Below are positions 51,721 through 62,243 of a stretch of DNA of 64,000 nt, one piece after another. Source of the DNA: a virus; IMG/VR virus record IMGVR_UViG_3300045988_076381, one strand, 5' to 3'. The notes beneath the pieces were generated by a model, which saw only the letters and a program-made list of their open reading frames with translations, ran no database searches and was not told where the DNA came from. Position 1 is the first letter of the stretch. Each line of letters opens with the position of its first letter. Made by a program: the position numbers and the translations under genes.

Positions 51721-54700
51721 TTATATTAATTTTTGTATTAAAGAAGTTAAATCATTTAATCTAGTATTTAAAGAGTTGATATCTTCTTTAAATTTCTTTC
51801 TTTCTTCTTCTCTTAATCTATGTTCTTCTTTTAAAGCTTTTTGTAGTACTACTGTATATCTTTCATATGAGAAAGTTTTTGTTCCATCCTCCATCTCATG
51901 TACTAATTCCGGAATTTTATCTTCCCAATATTGTGCTGAGGTACCTATAGAGGTAGTTGTTTCATCCTTCCAGTTATATGTAAATTCTGGAGCATTGAGG
52001 ACTTTATTTAAAGTATCATCTGGTAAAGAATTAAAATTAGATTTGAATCTTATATCTGATGTAGATTGTAACCCTGCTCCAGCTGAACATACTACATGCT
52101 TCGTAAAAGTAATCTCGGATTGAGAATTAATTTTTGACATAATAGTAGCAGCTGTCTCAGCACTTGGAATAGAAGGCCTGTTACTTAAATCATTATAACT
52201 TCCGGATGTAGCTACGGTAGCAAATGATGGTTTACTTGTGACTTCACTCCAAGATGGCCAACGAGTCACATAAGCTGAGGGTGCAGCCTTTAACAAAGCA
52301 TCCCAAGAAGCTTGTAGATCACTAATATCAGATAAAGGATGTGTGTGACTTGACGGAGTAAAGGTACTTGGTTTACTTGTTATCTCAGACCAAGAATAAG
52401 AAGGCTTACTTGGTGCTTTTGCCCACGCATACACATCAGAAGCAGGCATTGAAGACGGAAAATCTGTTATCTGAGACTTGGCATGTGTATGACTAGAGGG
52501 TGCGGCTTCAATAAGCGTTCTTACCTCAGAAGGTGCAATATCTCTAAATACTTTGCATCCATTTACTAATGTTTTATCAATACCCACAAGATGTGATGCT
52601 GTAGAAGCAGTTAATCCATATCCATTATAAGCAAGCTGGATGTTATTGCTACCCCCACCTGAATCCAATATATATGTTGCCGGACCCCCAGCACTAGGAG
52701 AAGCAGCATAATTATGGGTATGAGAACTAGCAGCTGCCCCAATAGCAGCAGGAGTGATATTCACAGTTTTAGCTGCATTAGGAGCATATGTGGTATTAGT
52801 AGATCCGTTGAATTTGATAGTTAATGCTGCTATGTTAGACGTATCTAAAATAGTATATTGTGTACCATTTTTGCAGTGCATTAAATTAGTATTACTTGAT
52901 CGCAGTATCATTTGATCTACCACGGTACCAATTTCTACTTGTGTATTAGTTACTCCATCAACTCCAGCTTGATGGTAGGCTAGTAGAGCATTACCATCTA
53001 TACTTTCTATATAATTTGTGTTAATTCTGGGAACAGTTAACCTTCCAGTAAGAGTACCACCAGTAAGAGGCAAATAACCACTCAAATGAGTAGTAGTAGC
53101 TAACTCCTTCCAAGCTGTGTGTTCATCCTTATTACTTCCTGCTGGTGATCCAGCTCTAACAAACCATCTGTTAGAAGTATAGGTTCCATAGATTTGACTT
53201 GAACCATCATATACTCCGGGAATGACGATAAGAGATCCTGCTTGCTGTATTGGGTATCCTCTGTCTGTAGTAGCATCACTATTAGCTGGTTGAGCAGCCA
53301 TCATCGGAAAATGATTAAACGAACTATTTAAGCTTGTAGTTCCGAGATTCCTTGAGAAATTATAAGAATCAAATATCAGACAATGCACACCATTTCTATA
53401 ATGTAGTAGATCAGAACTATTTGATCTAAATACCAGTTGAGAGTCTGGTGTGCCTACTCCTACTTGTGTATTACTTACTCCAGTCCAATCTGTTGGATGA
53501 TAACTCAATAATCCGAGTTGCTCACGAGTAGTCGATATTGAATCTACATTTAACTTATTATAAATAATTACAGGAACATTTGTACCTGACGGCCCTCCTA
53601 CTACAATCCTATTATCGGATCCCATGTATATCCCTTCCACCCATGTTCCTCCGGTCTGCTTAAAAAGAATCCCATAAGTATTAGATAATACAGGCCTTCC
53701 ATCTGCAGTTATAGACATTTGCCCTCTGCCATTATAAGGATAGTATACAGTACTTAAATCTGATATATCATCTTTAAAAGCTAATTCTTTATACCAAGTA
53801 ATCTTTCCACTGTCCCCACCTCCAATAACAGCTTTCATAATATTACCTTCGTGTGCTACACTAAGGTAAGCATGAGTATCCCCGATGGCCCATCCTAAAG
53901 AGGCAGCATGAGCTCCGGCAGTTCCTAGGTCTGCCGAACCACTTCTGAAAGGCACTACCCAAGAAACACCGGAATTTGACCCCCAGATAGTTTCTGGAAA
54001 CTTATTTATAAGATTATCCCCAAAAGATGAAGAGGAAACTGATTTTATTCTAGTAGCTTTAGGAGTCCCTATAATATTTCCCTCTAAAGTGTAATTTAAT
54101 AAAAGTTCTTCTACATTTAAGTTACTAGTATCATAGACTGTGTACTCAGCACCATTCTTATAATGTTTTATATCATTGTCTCCTATAGTATGAATCGTAG
54201 TCTGTGAATTCTGATCATTTCCGGAAGTAATTATTCCAGATTTAATATTTCCATTAACATCAGTATACCCTAATCTAGTGACATAACTATTTCCGGAATT
54301 ATCTATATTTAATAATGCAGTATTGCCTAAATCACCTCCTATTAAAGTTTCATAATCCCCGAAGCTTCCTAGATATAAAGAAGTACCATTAGTACTATTC
54401 CTCATAAATAAAGCCCATGCATTTTCTCCAGTATCAGTCTTATTTACTAACGCGGAAGTTGGAGAAAAATATAAAGGACCAGTTAAAGCATTTGTAGATC
54501 CGGCACTTAGAGGTAAGTAATGACCAACTAAAGATTCTACGGTAGCAAAGGGTTTTCCATCTTTATCACAGAAATTTCCCCACATTGGAAAATTAACATG
54601 TAATGGAGTATATGTTGAATTAAGATTATATGTAACACTTCCATCAGATCCTGTAGTTTCAGTAATTTCTATAGTATTTTGTTCAATATCTGGGACATTA

Positions 54701-57672
54701 CTACTAGAAGATATAGAGAATCCCCCATTTACATAATGTAATGTTAATTTCTTATTAGGGTCATTTGGATTAACAACTACGAGACTATCAAATCCATCTA
54801 TAGAAGTAATAACATTGGTATTACTATCCCAAGCTAAATATTTCTTATTTAAATTCCAATAATTAGCAAATACTATCTGAGATAAATCGGAGGTTCTAAA
54901 TCCAGTAGGAATTATTATACTAACACTAAATCCTAATTCCAGAGAATTTGTCTTGATTAAAGAACGATCCCGAGAAGGGATAAATTGTATAGTATCACCA
55001 GCTATATCAAATGTAAAACTATCAGTACCTCCATAAAATTGACAACTTTGATCTTTAAATCCAATATATGAATCTAGAATAATAGGATTAGTAAATCCTA
55101 AGGCTTTATGTGAGCTAGTTAATATATCTAATATAGGAATTTTATAAACAGCCTCTCTTGTCAAAGTAACTCTTGGAGATATAACAAGATTCCATGCATT
55201 TGATGCTTTAAGCCCTGCAATATCAAAATTCCCATTTTGGGTTGATAATTTAACTTGATTATCAACATCATCAATACTAGGGAAAAAATCTAATCCTCCT
55301 TTATCAGTATATACAGCATTTAAGGCTTTGATTGTTTTTTTATCCGAATCGTATTGTAAAAACATTCTATCCGATATATCAGGATCGATAAAAGCTAGTT
55401 CGTATCCATCATCTCTTTTAAAAGTTGAAGCCCAAATTTCTTTATCAAATACATATTTAGTAGCAGAAGGACTAGATTTAAATAAAATATCATCTAAAAC
55501 CCTTAAACTTAAATATTTATCATTAGTATCTCCATATTGTAGATATAAATCATTATCAACTCTTTTAAATATAATATCTGTATCTTTCTCAGATAGATTT
55601 TGTAATGCAAACCTTAAAGCCAATTGAATTGGAACAGTACTAGTAGTTTGTGCTCTTTTAAATGTAGAATTCCAGGTTAAGAAAGCACCATCTACCATAT
55701 CAGGTTCATTATCTCGAAGCATTAAAGGGAATTGATTTCCCTCAGTACCACATTTAAATCTATCATCAGATTCATCAAAGATAATAAAATAATTCGGAAG
55801 TTTTCCTCTATCAATCTCCAATCCAGAGATTCCTTTAGTGACGCCTTCACCTTGTTCTCCACTATTTAAAGTAAGAATATTATCAGTTACTTTTACTTCT
55901 TCTGTATCTATAATGAAAGCACTTCCACCAAATACTATATCCTCTTTAATAGTTAAATTTCTAACTATTAAATCTCCATATTCTGTATCATCCTCATTTC
56001 TAACACTAAATCCTTCTTTTTCATTCTTCAATATCTGATCTCCTATTTTCCATGTTTTAGATGGTGTTCCTTCATATGTAAGAGGAGTTCCATTAACATC
56101 CTTTAATCCTTGTATTACATTGAAATCTGTTGAAGTAATAGATCCGGCAATGGTAGATGTAGCCATTGGGAGAGAATAATATTTATCTTCGTAGGTATTT
56201 AAAAAGGGATTATATGATTGATAATGTATAATTGCTTGAGTTGCAGATGTTGTGTCGGTATCTATTAAATCTGTTAGATATTTAACTACATTATCTAGTT
56301 TCCCTTTATCAGATGAAGACATTACTCCCGCTTTTTCCGAAGTGGCAGATTTAAATACTATCTGTACTGGTTCTTCTACTCCAGTTTGTGGGTTATTAGT
56401 AACTAAATTTAATATAACAGAATTAGAGTTGTACGTATTATCAGATACAGCTTGGACAATAGAAGAAATATTTCCTAATTTATTCTTCTCCATTGCTGTG
56501 ATTAATCCGGCAGTAGATGAGGTAGCAGCATCTAATACTAAATATTTAGACGTTACTTTTTTAGATATAGGATCATATATAGGAAATATTATTTGTAGAT
56601 CTTGTCCAGTATATTCTTTAGTAGGATCTCCTGTGTAATAACTCTTTAGCGAATCTATATAATCCTTATATTTAGGAGACATTAATCCGGATATTGCAGA
56701 AGATACATCAGGGAAGCTAAGTATCTTAGAACTAGATTCTCCAATAGTAGGATCTTTAGTAGTCACTTTAAGAGAAGCTCTATTATTAGCCTCAGCATAC
56801 TCTACATTTTCTACATAATCAAAGATTTGATTTATTTTAAATATCTGAGAAGTATCTAATAAATCCTTTCCAGGAGCGACATCTACTTTTTTATTTAATA
56901 ACTCCTGTACTTCTTCTTTTGTGTATATATTATTAGTAACAGTATTTAATAATCTAGAAAGATTTAAACAAGCCTCCTTAGACATTAAACCATTCTGATT
57001 TATATTAGCCTCCCGAATTGGTAAGGATTTAGTTCCATCACTACTAACTATATCTAACACTAAAGTATCAGCTCCAGAAAATGATATTTCTTTTACATAT
57101 TTAGTAATTGAATCTAATTTAGTTTTATCCTCCTTACTAAATAATCCGGGAGTGGTTGGTGAAGCGACAGGAAGTGTAACACCATCCCCAGAAGAATTTA
57201 ATATCTGAATATTATCTTGATTTATTTTCATACTTAAATGGATAGTAGAAATATCTACTAAAGCTCCATTATTATATCTATACTCTTTTGAATCCTTTTT
57301 ATTAAAGAACTCATATCCATCTTTTAATTGTATTCTATCCCAATATTTAAGAGTATCTCTCCAAGTACAATGGTAATATTTATCCTCTACTCTTAATATA
57401 TAAGATACTCCACTTTCAGCATTGCTTGGAATATTATCTACTATATCTTCTACGGGACTTAAATGTGTAGGTTCTGAAACATCATTTAATTGAAGAATGT
57501 CTGTGGATATGACAACATCTGGAGATTGTTTGATTATAAGTTTTTTGGTGATAGGATTAAATTCTATTTCTTTTATCCTAAAATCCTCTACTCTCTTATC
57601 AAAACAAGATTCAGGTGTTATATTATATATCTTACTTTCACATCCACTGGAATTTTGTGCTTTGGTAATCAT
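51721..57672 (-). CDS. long tail fibre (1983 aa) with HxH fibre repeats and C-terminal S74 chaperone domain
   Basis: It has three SSHTH (His-x-His) repeats and repeated SE(I/V)TSKPS units. The C-terminus SDIRFKSNF...FTYNW...IGTSAQYWEDKIPELV...FSYERYTVVLQKALKEE matches S74. Confidence 0.75.
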   Translation of the reverse strand: MITKAQNSSGCESKIYNITPESCFDKRVEDFRIKEIEFNPITKKLIIKQSPDVVISTDILQLNDVSEPTHLSPVEDIVDNIPSNAESGVSYILRVEDKYYHCTWRDTLKYWDRIQLKDGYEFFNKKDSKEYRYNNGALVDISTIHLSMKINQDNIQILNSSGDGVTLPVASPTTPGLFSKEDKTKLDSITKYVKEISFSGADTLVLDIVSSDGTKSLPIREANINQNGLMSKEACLNLSRLLNTVTNNIYTKEEVQELLNKKVDVAPGKDLLDTSQIFKINQIFDYVENVEYAEANNRASLKVTTKDPTIGESSSKILSFPDVSSAISGLMSPKYKDYIDSLKSYYTGDPTKEYTGQDLQIIFPIYDPISKKVTSKYLVLDAATSSTAGLITAMEKNKLGNISSIVQAVSDNTYNSNSVILNLVTNNPQTGVEEPVQIVFKSATSEKAGVMSSSDKGKLDNVVKYLTDLIDTDTTSATQAIIHYQSYNPFLNTYEDKYYSLPMATSTIAGSITSTDFNVIQGLKDVNGTPLTYEGTPSKTWKIGDQILKNEKEGFSVRNEDDTEYGDLIVRNLTIKEDIVFGGSAFIIDTEEVKVTDNILTLNSGEQGEGVTKGISGLEIDRGKLPNYFIIFDESDDRFKCGTEGNQFPLMLRDNEPDMVDGAFLTWNSTFKRAQTTSTVPIQLALRFALQNLSEKDTDIIFKRVDNDLYLQYGDTNDKYLSLRVLDDILFKSSPSATKYVFDKEIWASTFKRDDGYELAFIDPDISDRMFLQYDSDKKTIKALNAVYTDKGGLDFFPSIDDVDNQVKLSTQNGNFDIAGLKASNAWNLVISPRVTLTREAVYKIPILDILTSSHKALGFTNPIILDSYIGFKDQSCQFYGGTDSFTFDIAGDTIQFIPSRDRSLIKTNSLELGFSVSIIIPTGFRTSDLSQIVFANYWNLNKKYLAWDSNTNVITSIDGFDSLVVVNPNDPNKKLTLHYVNGGFSISSSSNVPDIEQNTIEITETTGSDGSVTYNLNSTYTPLHVNFPMWGNFCDKDGKPFATVESLVGHYLPLSAGSTNALTGPLYFSPTSALVNKTDTGENAWALFMRNSTNGTSLYLGSFGDYETLIGGDLGNTALLNIDNSGNSYVTRLGYTDVNGNIKSGIITSGNDQNSQTTIHTIGDNDIKHYKNGAEYTVYDTSNLNVEELLLNYTLEGNIIGTPKATRIKSVSSSSFGDNLINKFPETIWGSNSGVSWVVPFRSGSADLGTAGAHAASLGWAIGDTHAYLSVAHEGNIMKAVIGGGDSGKITWYKELAFKDDISDLSTVYYPYNGRGQMSITADGRPVLSNTYGILFKQTGGTWVEGIYMGSDNRIVVGGPSGTNVPVIIYNKLNVDSISTTREQLGLLSYHPTDWTGVSNTQVGVGTPDSQLVFRSNSSDLLHYRNGVHCLIFDSYNFSRNLGTTSLNSSFNHFPMMAAQPANSDATTDRGYPIQQAGSLIVIPGVYDGSSQIYGTYTSNRWFVRAGSPAGSNKDEHTAWKELATTTHLSGYLPLTGGTLTGRLTVPRINTNYIESIDGNALLAYHQAGVDGVTNTQVEIGTVVDQMILRSSNTNLMHCKNGTQYTILDTSNIAALTIKFNGSTNTTYAPNAAKTVNITPAAIGAAASSHTHNYAASPSAGGPATYILDSGGGSNNIQLAYNGYGLTASTASHLVGIDKTLVNGCKVFRDIAPSEVRTLIEAAPSSHTHAKSQITDFPSSMPASDVYAWAKAPSKPSYSWSEITSKPSTFTPSSHTHPLSDISDLQASWDALLKAAPSAYVTRWPSWSEVTSKPSFATVATSGSYNDLSNRPSIPSAETAATIMSKINSQSEITFTKHVVCSAGAGLQSTSDIRFKSNFNSLPDDTLNKVLNAPEFTYNWKDETTTSIGTSAQYWEDKIPELVHEMEDGTKTFSYERYTVVLQKALKEEHRLREEERKKFKEDINSLNTRLNDLTSLIQKLI

Positions 57673-57859
57673 TATTTAAAAAATATTCGATGATTGAATT
57701 AAATAGCGAGTCTTTTATACAATCTATTTCATTATATTTGAGGAATAAAACTTCTTCAACTATGAAACTTTCATCTATATAATTACCGTATTGATATTCT
57801 TCTATTAAGGAGTGGTAGTCCTTAATTGCTTTTTCTAGTAATTGATTTATTTTATCCAT
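57638..57859 (-). CDS. hypothetical protein (73 aa)
   Basis: ORF that overlaps the fibre gene start by 35 nt. Confidence 0.35.
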   Translation of the reverse strand: MDKINQLLEKAIKDYHSLIEEYQYGNYIDESFIVEEVLFLKYNEIDCIKDSLFNSIIEYFLNNDYQSTKFQWM

Positions 57860-57880
57860 AATTAATATTTTACGTAATAT

Positions 57881-58762
57881 TTATCTCCATTCCTCTGGGA
57901 TATCATAATAATTTGGTATTGAAGAACAATTCTCAAAACAATGTATTCCATTTATTATTCTAGGAAATTCATCATAACTTGTACGTTCCCATAATTCTAT
58001 ATTATTAATTCCAGAAGGAGTTATTGATATATTACATTGCTTAAAACAACTACCAAAATTAGCTATCTTAAAGCAATTATCAAATAAATTATTTGAAATT
58101 TGAGAAAGATTATAACAATAACAAAAACAATATCTAACAGTTTCTACTTCTGGAGTATATTGAAACAAATCCTCAGGTATAGTTTTTAAATTAGAGCACA
58201 TATACCAACACTCCTCAAAACTAGTTATTTTATTATTATTAATAAATAATTTTTCTGGAATATAGGTTAATGAGTCACAGCCAGCAAAACAGCCCTCTAT
58301 ATATTTAAGATTAGGGAAATAAATAAATAGTTCTTTTGGAATCTCAGATAATAGTTGACAATTTCTAAATATATTTATAATACTAATTACATTTGAACAA
58401 CCTTTAAATAAATCCTCACTTACTTTATATAAATTAAAACATCCATAAAAACATCCAGTTAAATTAGTCTGTAATGGTATAAATTTAACATAAATTTTAT
58501 GCCTTCCAGGATCTTTAAATATTACATCCAAAGCAGAAGTATTTGACTTTTTATTACTTAATAAATCTCTTCCTTTATCATCATAAATATACTCAAAATA
58601 CTCCCATCTATTAGTTATTCTAATAATTTCATTAGAATTTACCGTAGTATATATCAAAGTAGAAGAATCTTCTGGAGGGGACCAAGATACAATGTGAGAA
58701 TTATAATTCTCACACTTATAACTTTGCGATCCTAATATAGTAACTACTTCTGATTTCTTCAT
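57881..58762 (-). CDS. BspA-type leucine-rich-repeat protein (293 aa)
   Basis: Units of about 22-24 aa repeat (F..C..L..IP..LF): GCFNLYKVSEDLF, GCSNVISIINIF, NCQLLSEIPKELF, GCDSLTYIPEKLF, CSNLKTIPEDLF, CYNLSQISNNLF. Confidence 0.65.
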   Translation of the reverse strand: MKKSEVVTILGSQSYKCENYNSHIVSWSPPEDSSTLIYTTVNSNEIIRITNRWEYFEYIYDDKGRDLLSNKKSNTSALDVIFKDPGRHKIYVKFIPLQTNLTGCFYGCFNLYKVSEDLFKGCSNVISIINIFRNCQLLSEIPKELFIYFPNLKYIEGCFAGCDSLTYIPEKLFINNNKITSFEECWYMCSNLKTIPEDLFQYTPEVETVRYCFCYCYNLSQISNNLFDNCFKIANFGSCFKQCNISITPSGINNIELWERTSYDEFPRIINGIHCFENCSSIPNYYDIPEEWR

Positions 58763-59562
58763 TATTTTCTACAATTGCAAGAATTAAATCCAGAGGAGTA
58801 TTTAAGATAGTCATTATTACAAAATCCCCCACAAACCTGAATTTCTTCTATAATTCTCTCTGCTTCGTAATAACTACATTTATCTATTAATCTATGTATT
58901 AATTCTAAAGCTATAAATACCATATTTCTATCTCTAAATACCTGAGAAATATTATTATCATTTTTTATATTACATCTAGTATACAATTTATTATAATAGA
59001 TATATTTTAATTTATTCTCATAACAATATTCTAAATTCCCTAAAAGAAATGTCTCTTCTTCAATCCCTATTATATTAGAGTTAGATTGATTACTATATAA
59101 ATCCATTATAGATACTTTCTTTTCAGTATAACTTCCGGATATAATAGTTATTTCATAGATCTCTACTTCTCCATTTGAAAGTTCTTTCGCGGAATAGAAT
59201 ATTTCCCCTTCCATATTTAAACTAGATGGAGATACTCCATGAACCCATTCGTAATTAGGTAATGCTAAATGATCTATTATATGCCATCCATCTATTTTAG
59301 TAGAATAATTTAATTTATAATCAGTATATTCTTGATCTGAATGACATACATAATAAAAATCAGATACTTTAGGATCTTCAATAGTATTTAAAGTAATCAA
59401 ATCAATAAATACAATATCTTTTGTTCTTAAATAATTAGAAGATATCTGTGATACTTCTGGATAGATACTACTAGTACTTATACCAGTAGTATCCTTCAAT
59501 GTAAATCCAGATATTCCATATTCAGTTAATGAAATGCTTAAATTTAATGAAATATTTTTCAT
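58762..59562 (-). CDS. hypothetical protein (266 aa), Cys-rich C-terminus
   Basis: ORF with start/stop overlaps on both sides. Confidence 0.45.
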   Translation of the reverse strand: MKNISLNLSISLTEYGISGFTLKDTTGISTSSIYPEVSQISSNYLRTKDIVFIDLITLNTIEDPKVSDFYYVCHSDQEYTDYKLNYSTKIDGWHIIDHLALPNYEWVHGVSPSSLNMEGEIFYSAKELSNGEVEIYEITIISGSYTEKKVSIMDLYSNQSNSNIIGIEEETFLLGNLEYCYENKLKYIYYNKLYTRCNIKNDNNISQVFRDRNMVFIALELIHRLIDKCSYYEAERIIEEIQVCGGFCNNDYLKYSSGFNSCNCRK

Positions 59563-61796
59563 TTTCCAAAATTTACTTCGTTATTTCTAGGATTGTTATC
59601 AAATAATTGTGCCCATTCAATATCAGCTTTCTTTTCTTCAATCTTATTTCTCTCTTTATCATTTTCATCTTTAGATTTAGCAGTAAACCATTTAATAGAG
59701 GAATCTTGTTCTTTTTGTTTTAGATTTTCTACTTCTTTAATAGATTTTTGCAATTCCTCTTGAAGTTGCTGTATCTGTTGTTGAGCTTCTTTAAGAGCTT
59801 GATCATATTGCTGTATCTGCTGTTGAGCTTGTTGTATTTGATTATTCTCCTCTTTTTGACGTTTAATTGCGTCTAATGTTATTTGTTTATATTCTGTGAT
59901 ACTCTTACATCCAATAGCTTGTACTAATACATCAGCTGTTAATTGTCCCGATTTAATTAACTCAAGATTATATGCTTTTATAGTTTCTAAGTCTTGTAAA
60001 GCGGATTGAGTATCAGCAATATTTATATCAAAGTCTGTTACTGTATAATGTTCTGGAAGTGCTGTGAAAATAGCTTTTTGTTTCTCTCCAAGAATTATAG
60101 TTCCTTGAAATCCATCTTTATATACTACTTTAGCTATATTTAAACTATCTAAGAATAATTCTCTTAAAGCTAATGCCATGTTAGAGAAGTATATTTTTGT
60201 GACAATTAGTGATTGATTAATTCCGGTTCTAACATTAGTAACAGCATCTCTAGTTTCAACTCCTCCAATAGCTTCTCTAAATGCTCCTGTTATATTAGAT
60301 GCGAGTTGTTCTATTTTTTCTATAGCTAAATCTAGAGCTTGCATTGATTGGTAGGATAAACTCATATCATATGTATTAAATACAGCATTTGGCATAGATT
60401 GTCCAGCCTCACTTTGGGAAGTATCTAATGCTGCGAATCCTTGTTTTACATACGCCATGAATTTAAGTAATCTGTTTGTTTCATCTTCCTCGTCTAAGAA
60501 TGTGGGGATTTTAGAGAAATCTACTGCAATACCTTTTGTCCCACTTACTGCAATGGCATTATTTCGAAGGAAAAATAGTATATTATACATATCTTGCAAA
60601 TCTGCTGTAGCTAATACTAAACTAAACGGGATATTTTGTCTCGTTGTCATAAATAACCCATTAACAGATAATGTACATTCCTTAGGATTATCCATAGATC
60701 TAACTACATTTAAATCTACATCCCTAACAATATAAATATCACTAGCAATTTTAACTACAGAGTATCTATGCATTACACCATCTTTTCCTGTCTCTATATA
60801 TTCTACCTCATATACAGTAATTAATCTATTATTATATCCATACATTCCAGTATTCCCATCCCAAACAGGAGTTACCTCTAGTCCCCCTAATATTCCGGTA
60901 GCAAATTCCGAATCCTCTGTAGTAGCAGCATTTATTGGTCCGGTAGATCTTATTATATACTTCTGATTATCAGTATAATATGCCTTCTCTAATTCATCTC
61001 TTAACTTAGTTTTATCAGCTTCTGTTAATTCTGAATTATATTTAGATAAGATCTGATCTACTGTCATGTAATATCTACAAACAGCTCTAGGAGATTTATT
61101 TAAATAATAACTATTAGGATTTTTCTCCACAAAAGTATTAATAGGATTTAATCCTTCTATATCCACATTATTCCCACTTCTAGAAGGTTGTGTTTTAAAA
61201 TAAAGTGTTCCGGAGATTAATAAATCCGTCATTAATAATCTAGCTTTTATATCTAAATCAATACTTTTAGATTGAGATAAATATGTTATAATATTCTGTG
61301 CTGCTATTTCATATTCAGAAATAAAATTTTTATCTATATCTTCCTTTAATAATTGTAGAGACTTTTCAGTTAGAGGATCTTTTGTTATAGGAGTATTCTG
61401 ATCTCCGAATTTAGAGAGAATAGTATTATATAAATTACTCATATATAATTCCCTAACTCCATCTAATACTTTAAGCTGTCTCTCTCTATTTATTAAAGAT
61501 AATGTCTTTTGATCTTTACATGTAATTTGCATATTTAATGGAGCATCTAGAAACTTCCCAACTAAATAATCTATGTGCTTTTTTATAAGTGGTATAAATT
61601 GTATTTGTGTCGGAGTTCCTATTCCATAATTTTCTTCGAAATGCTTATATTGATCTAAATCCATCTTCCCGTGATAGTAGTTATAAGCTTTTCTTATCGC
61701 TACTTTATCATACACGAGATCAGAAATAGCTTGATTAGCCTTCTGAATTTGATAGTCTTTTGATCCTCGTTTGTACTCGACGCTCATCCAAATCAA
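59559..61796 (-). CDS. portal protein (about 742-745 aa)
   Basis: The call rests on size, on position just downstream of the terminase gene, and on a Gln-rich coiled-coil C-terminus (QQAQQQIQQYDQALKEAQQQIQQLQEELQ). The true start is probably the ATG at 61787. Confidence 0.7.
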   Translation of the reverse strand: MIWMSVEYKRGSKDYQIQKANQAISDLVYDKVAIRKAYNYYHGKMDLDQYKHFEENYGIGTPTQIQFIPLIKKHIDYLVGKFLDAPLNMQITCKDQKTLSLINRERQLKVLDGVRELYMSNLYNTILSKFGDQNTPITKDPLTEKSLQLLKEDIDKNFISEYEIAAQNIITYLSQSKSIDLDIKARLLMTDLLISGTLYFKTQPSRSGNNVDIEGLNPINTFVEKNPNSYYLNKSPRAVCRYYMTVDQILSKYNSELTEADKTKLRDELEKAYYTDNQKYIIRSTGPINAATTEDSEFATGILGGLEVTPVWDGNTGMYGYNNRLITVYEVEYIETGKDGVMHRYSVVKIASDIYIVRDVDLNVVRSMDNPKECTLSVNGLFMTTRQNIPFSLVLATADLQDMYNILFFLRNNAIAVSGTKGIAVDFSKIPTFLDEEDETNRLLKFMAYVKQGFAALDTSQSEAGQSMPNAVFNTYDMSLSYQSMQALDLAIEKIEQLASNITGAFREAIGGVETRDAVTNVRTGINQSLIVTKIYFSNMALALRELFLDSLNIAKVVYKDGFQGTIILGEKQKAIFTALPEHYTVTDFDINIADTQSALQDLETIKAYNLELIKSGQLTADVLVQAIGCKSITEYKQITLDAIKRQKEENNQIQQAQQQIQQYDQALKEAQQQIQQLQEELQKSIKEVENLKQKEQDSSIKWFTAKSKDENDKERNKIEEKKADIEWAQLFDNNPRNNEVNFGK

Positions 61797-62061
61797 TTTT
61801 TTGTCCTACGAAGTATCTAGTTAGATTTAAACCTCGAAGGTGTAGTTCTTTCTTTATTTTTTCTAAAAACTTCTCTTTACTATCACATTGGATATATATA
61901 CATAAAGGAGTTAGGTAATCTTCTGTTATATACATTTTAAGTATATAACCATCCTCTGTTTTAATTATATCCATTGATTTATTATATATCGCCCCATATA
62001 ATTCTAATATGTATTCTTTAATCATACATATTAAATATTCTTTTTCAGTCGTATTAATCAT
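61735..62061 (-). CDS. hypothetical protein (108 aa)
   Basis: ORF that overlaps the terminase stop by 8 nt and the listed portal start. Confidence 0.4.
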   Translation of the reverse strand: MINTTEKEYLICMIKEYILELYGAIYNKSMDIIKTEDGYILKMYITEDYLTPLCIYIQCDSKEKFLEKIKKELHLRGLNLTRYFVGQKIDLDERRVQTRIKRLSNSEG

Positions 62062-62243
62062 ATACTGAATCTGTTCTAGATATTAATACTTTTAAATCCT
62101 CAGGAATTCCATCATCTGTAGGTATTTTTCCAAAATGTTTTACTCCATTAGAATCATAATAATATCCTATTTTACTTATTTTAATTTTTTTCTTCTTCTC
62201 ACCAATTCCTCCTAGTAATCTTAGTTCTTGATCGCCCATTTCG
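62054..62243 (-). CDS. terL: terL last exon (190 nt)
   Basis: This is listed ORF 62054..62239 plus 4 nt upstream. It joins AT|C to give Ile. An alternative 3' splice site lies 3 nt upstream. Confidence 0.6.

Noticed and set aside
6419-60735. All plus-strand ORFs in the track (for example 6419..6622, 12788..13000, 20428..20694, 33611..33832, 49183..49434, 51776..52123, 55328..55627, 56252..56638, 60457..60735)
   Set aside because: Each lies antisense within a long, well-supported minus-strand gene and translates to low-complexity Ser/Leu/Ile/Phe-rich sequence. This is typical of shadow frames in AT-rich DNA. None has its own start context or intergenic space.
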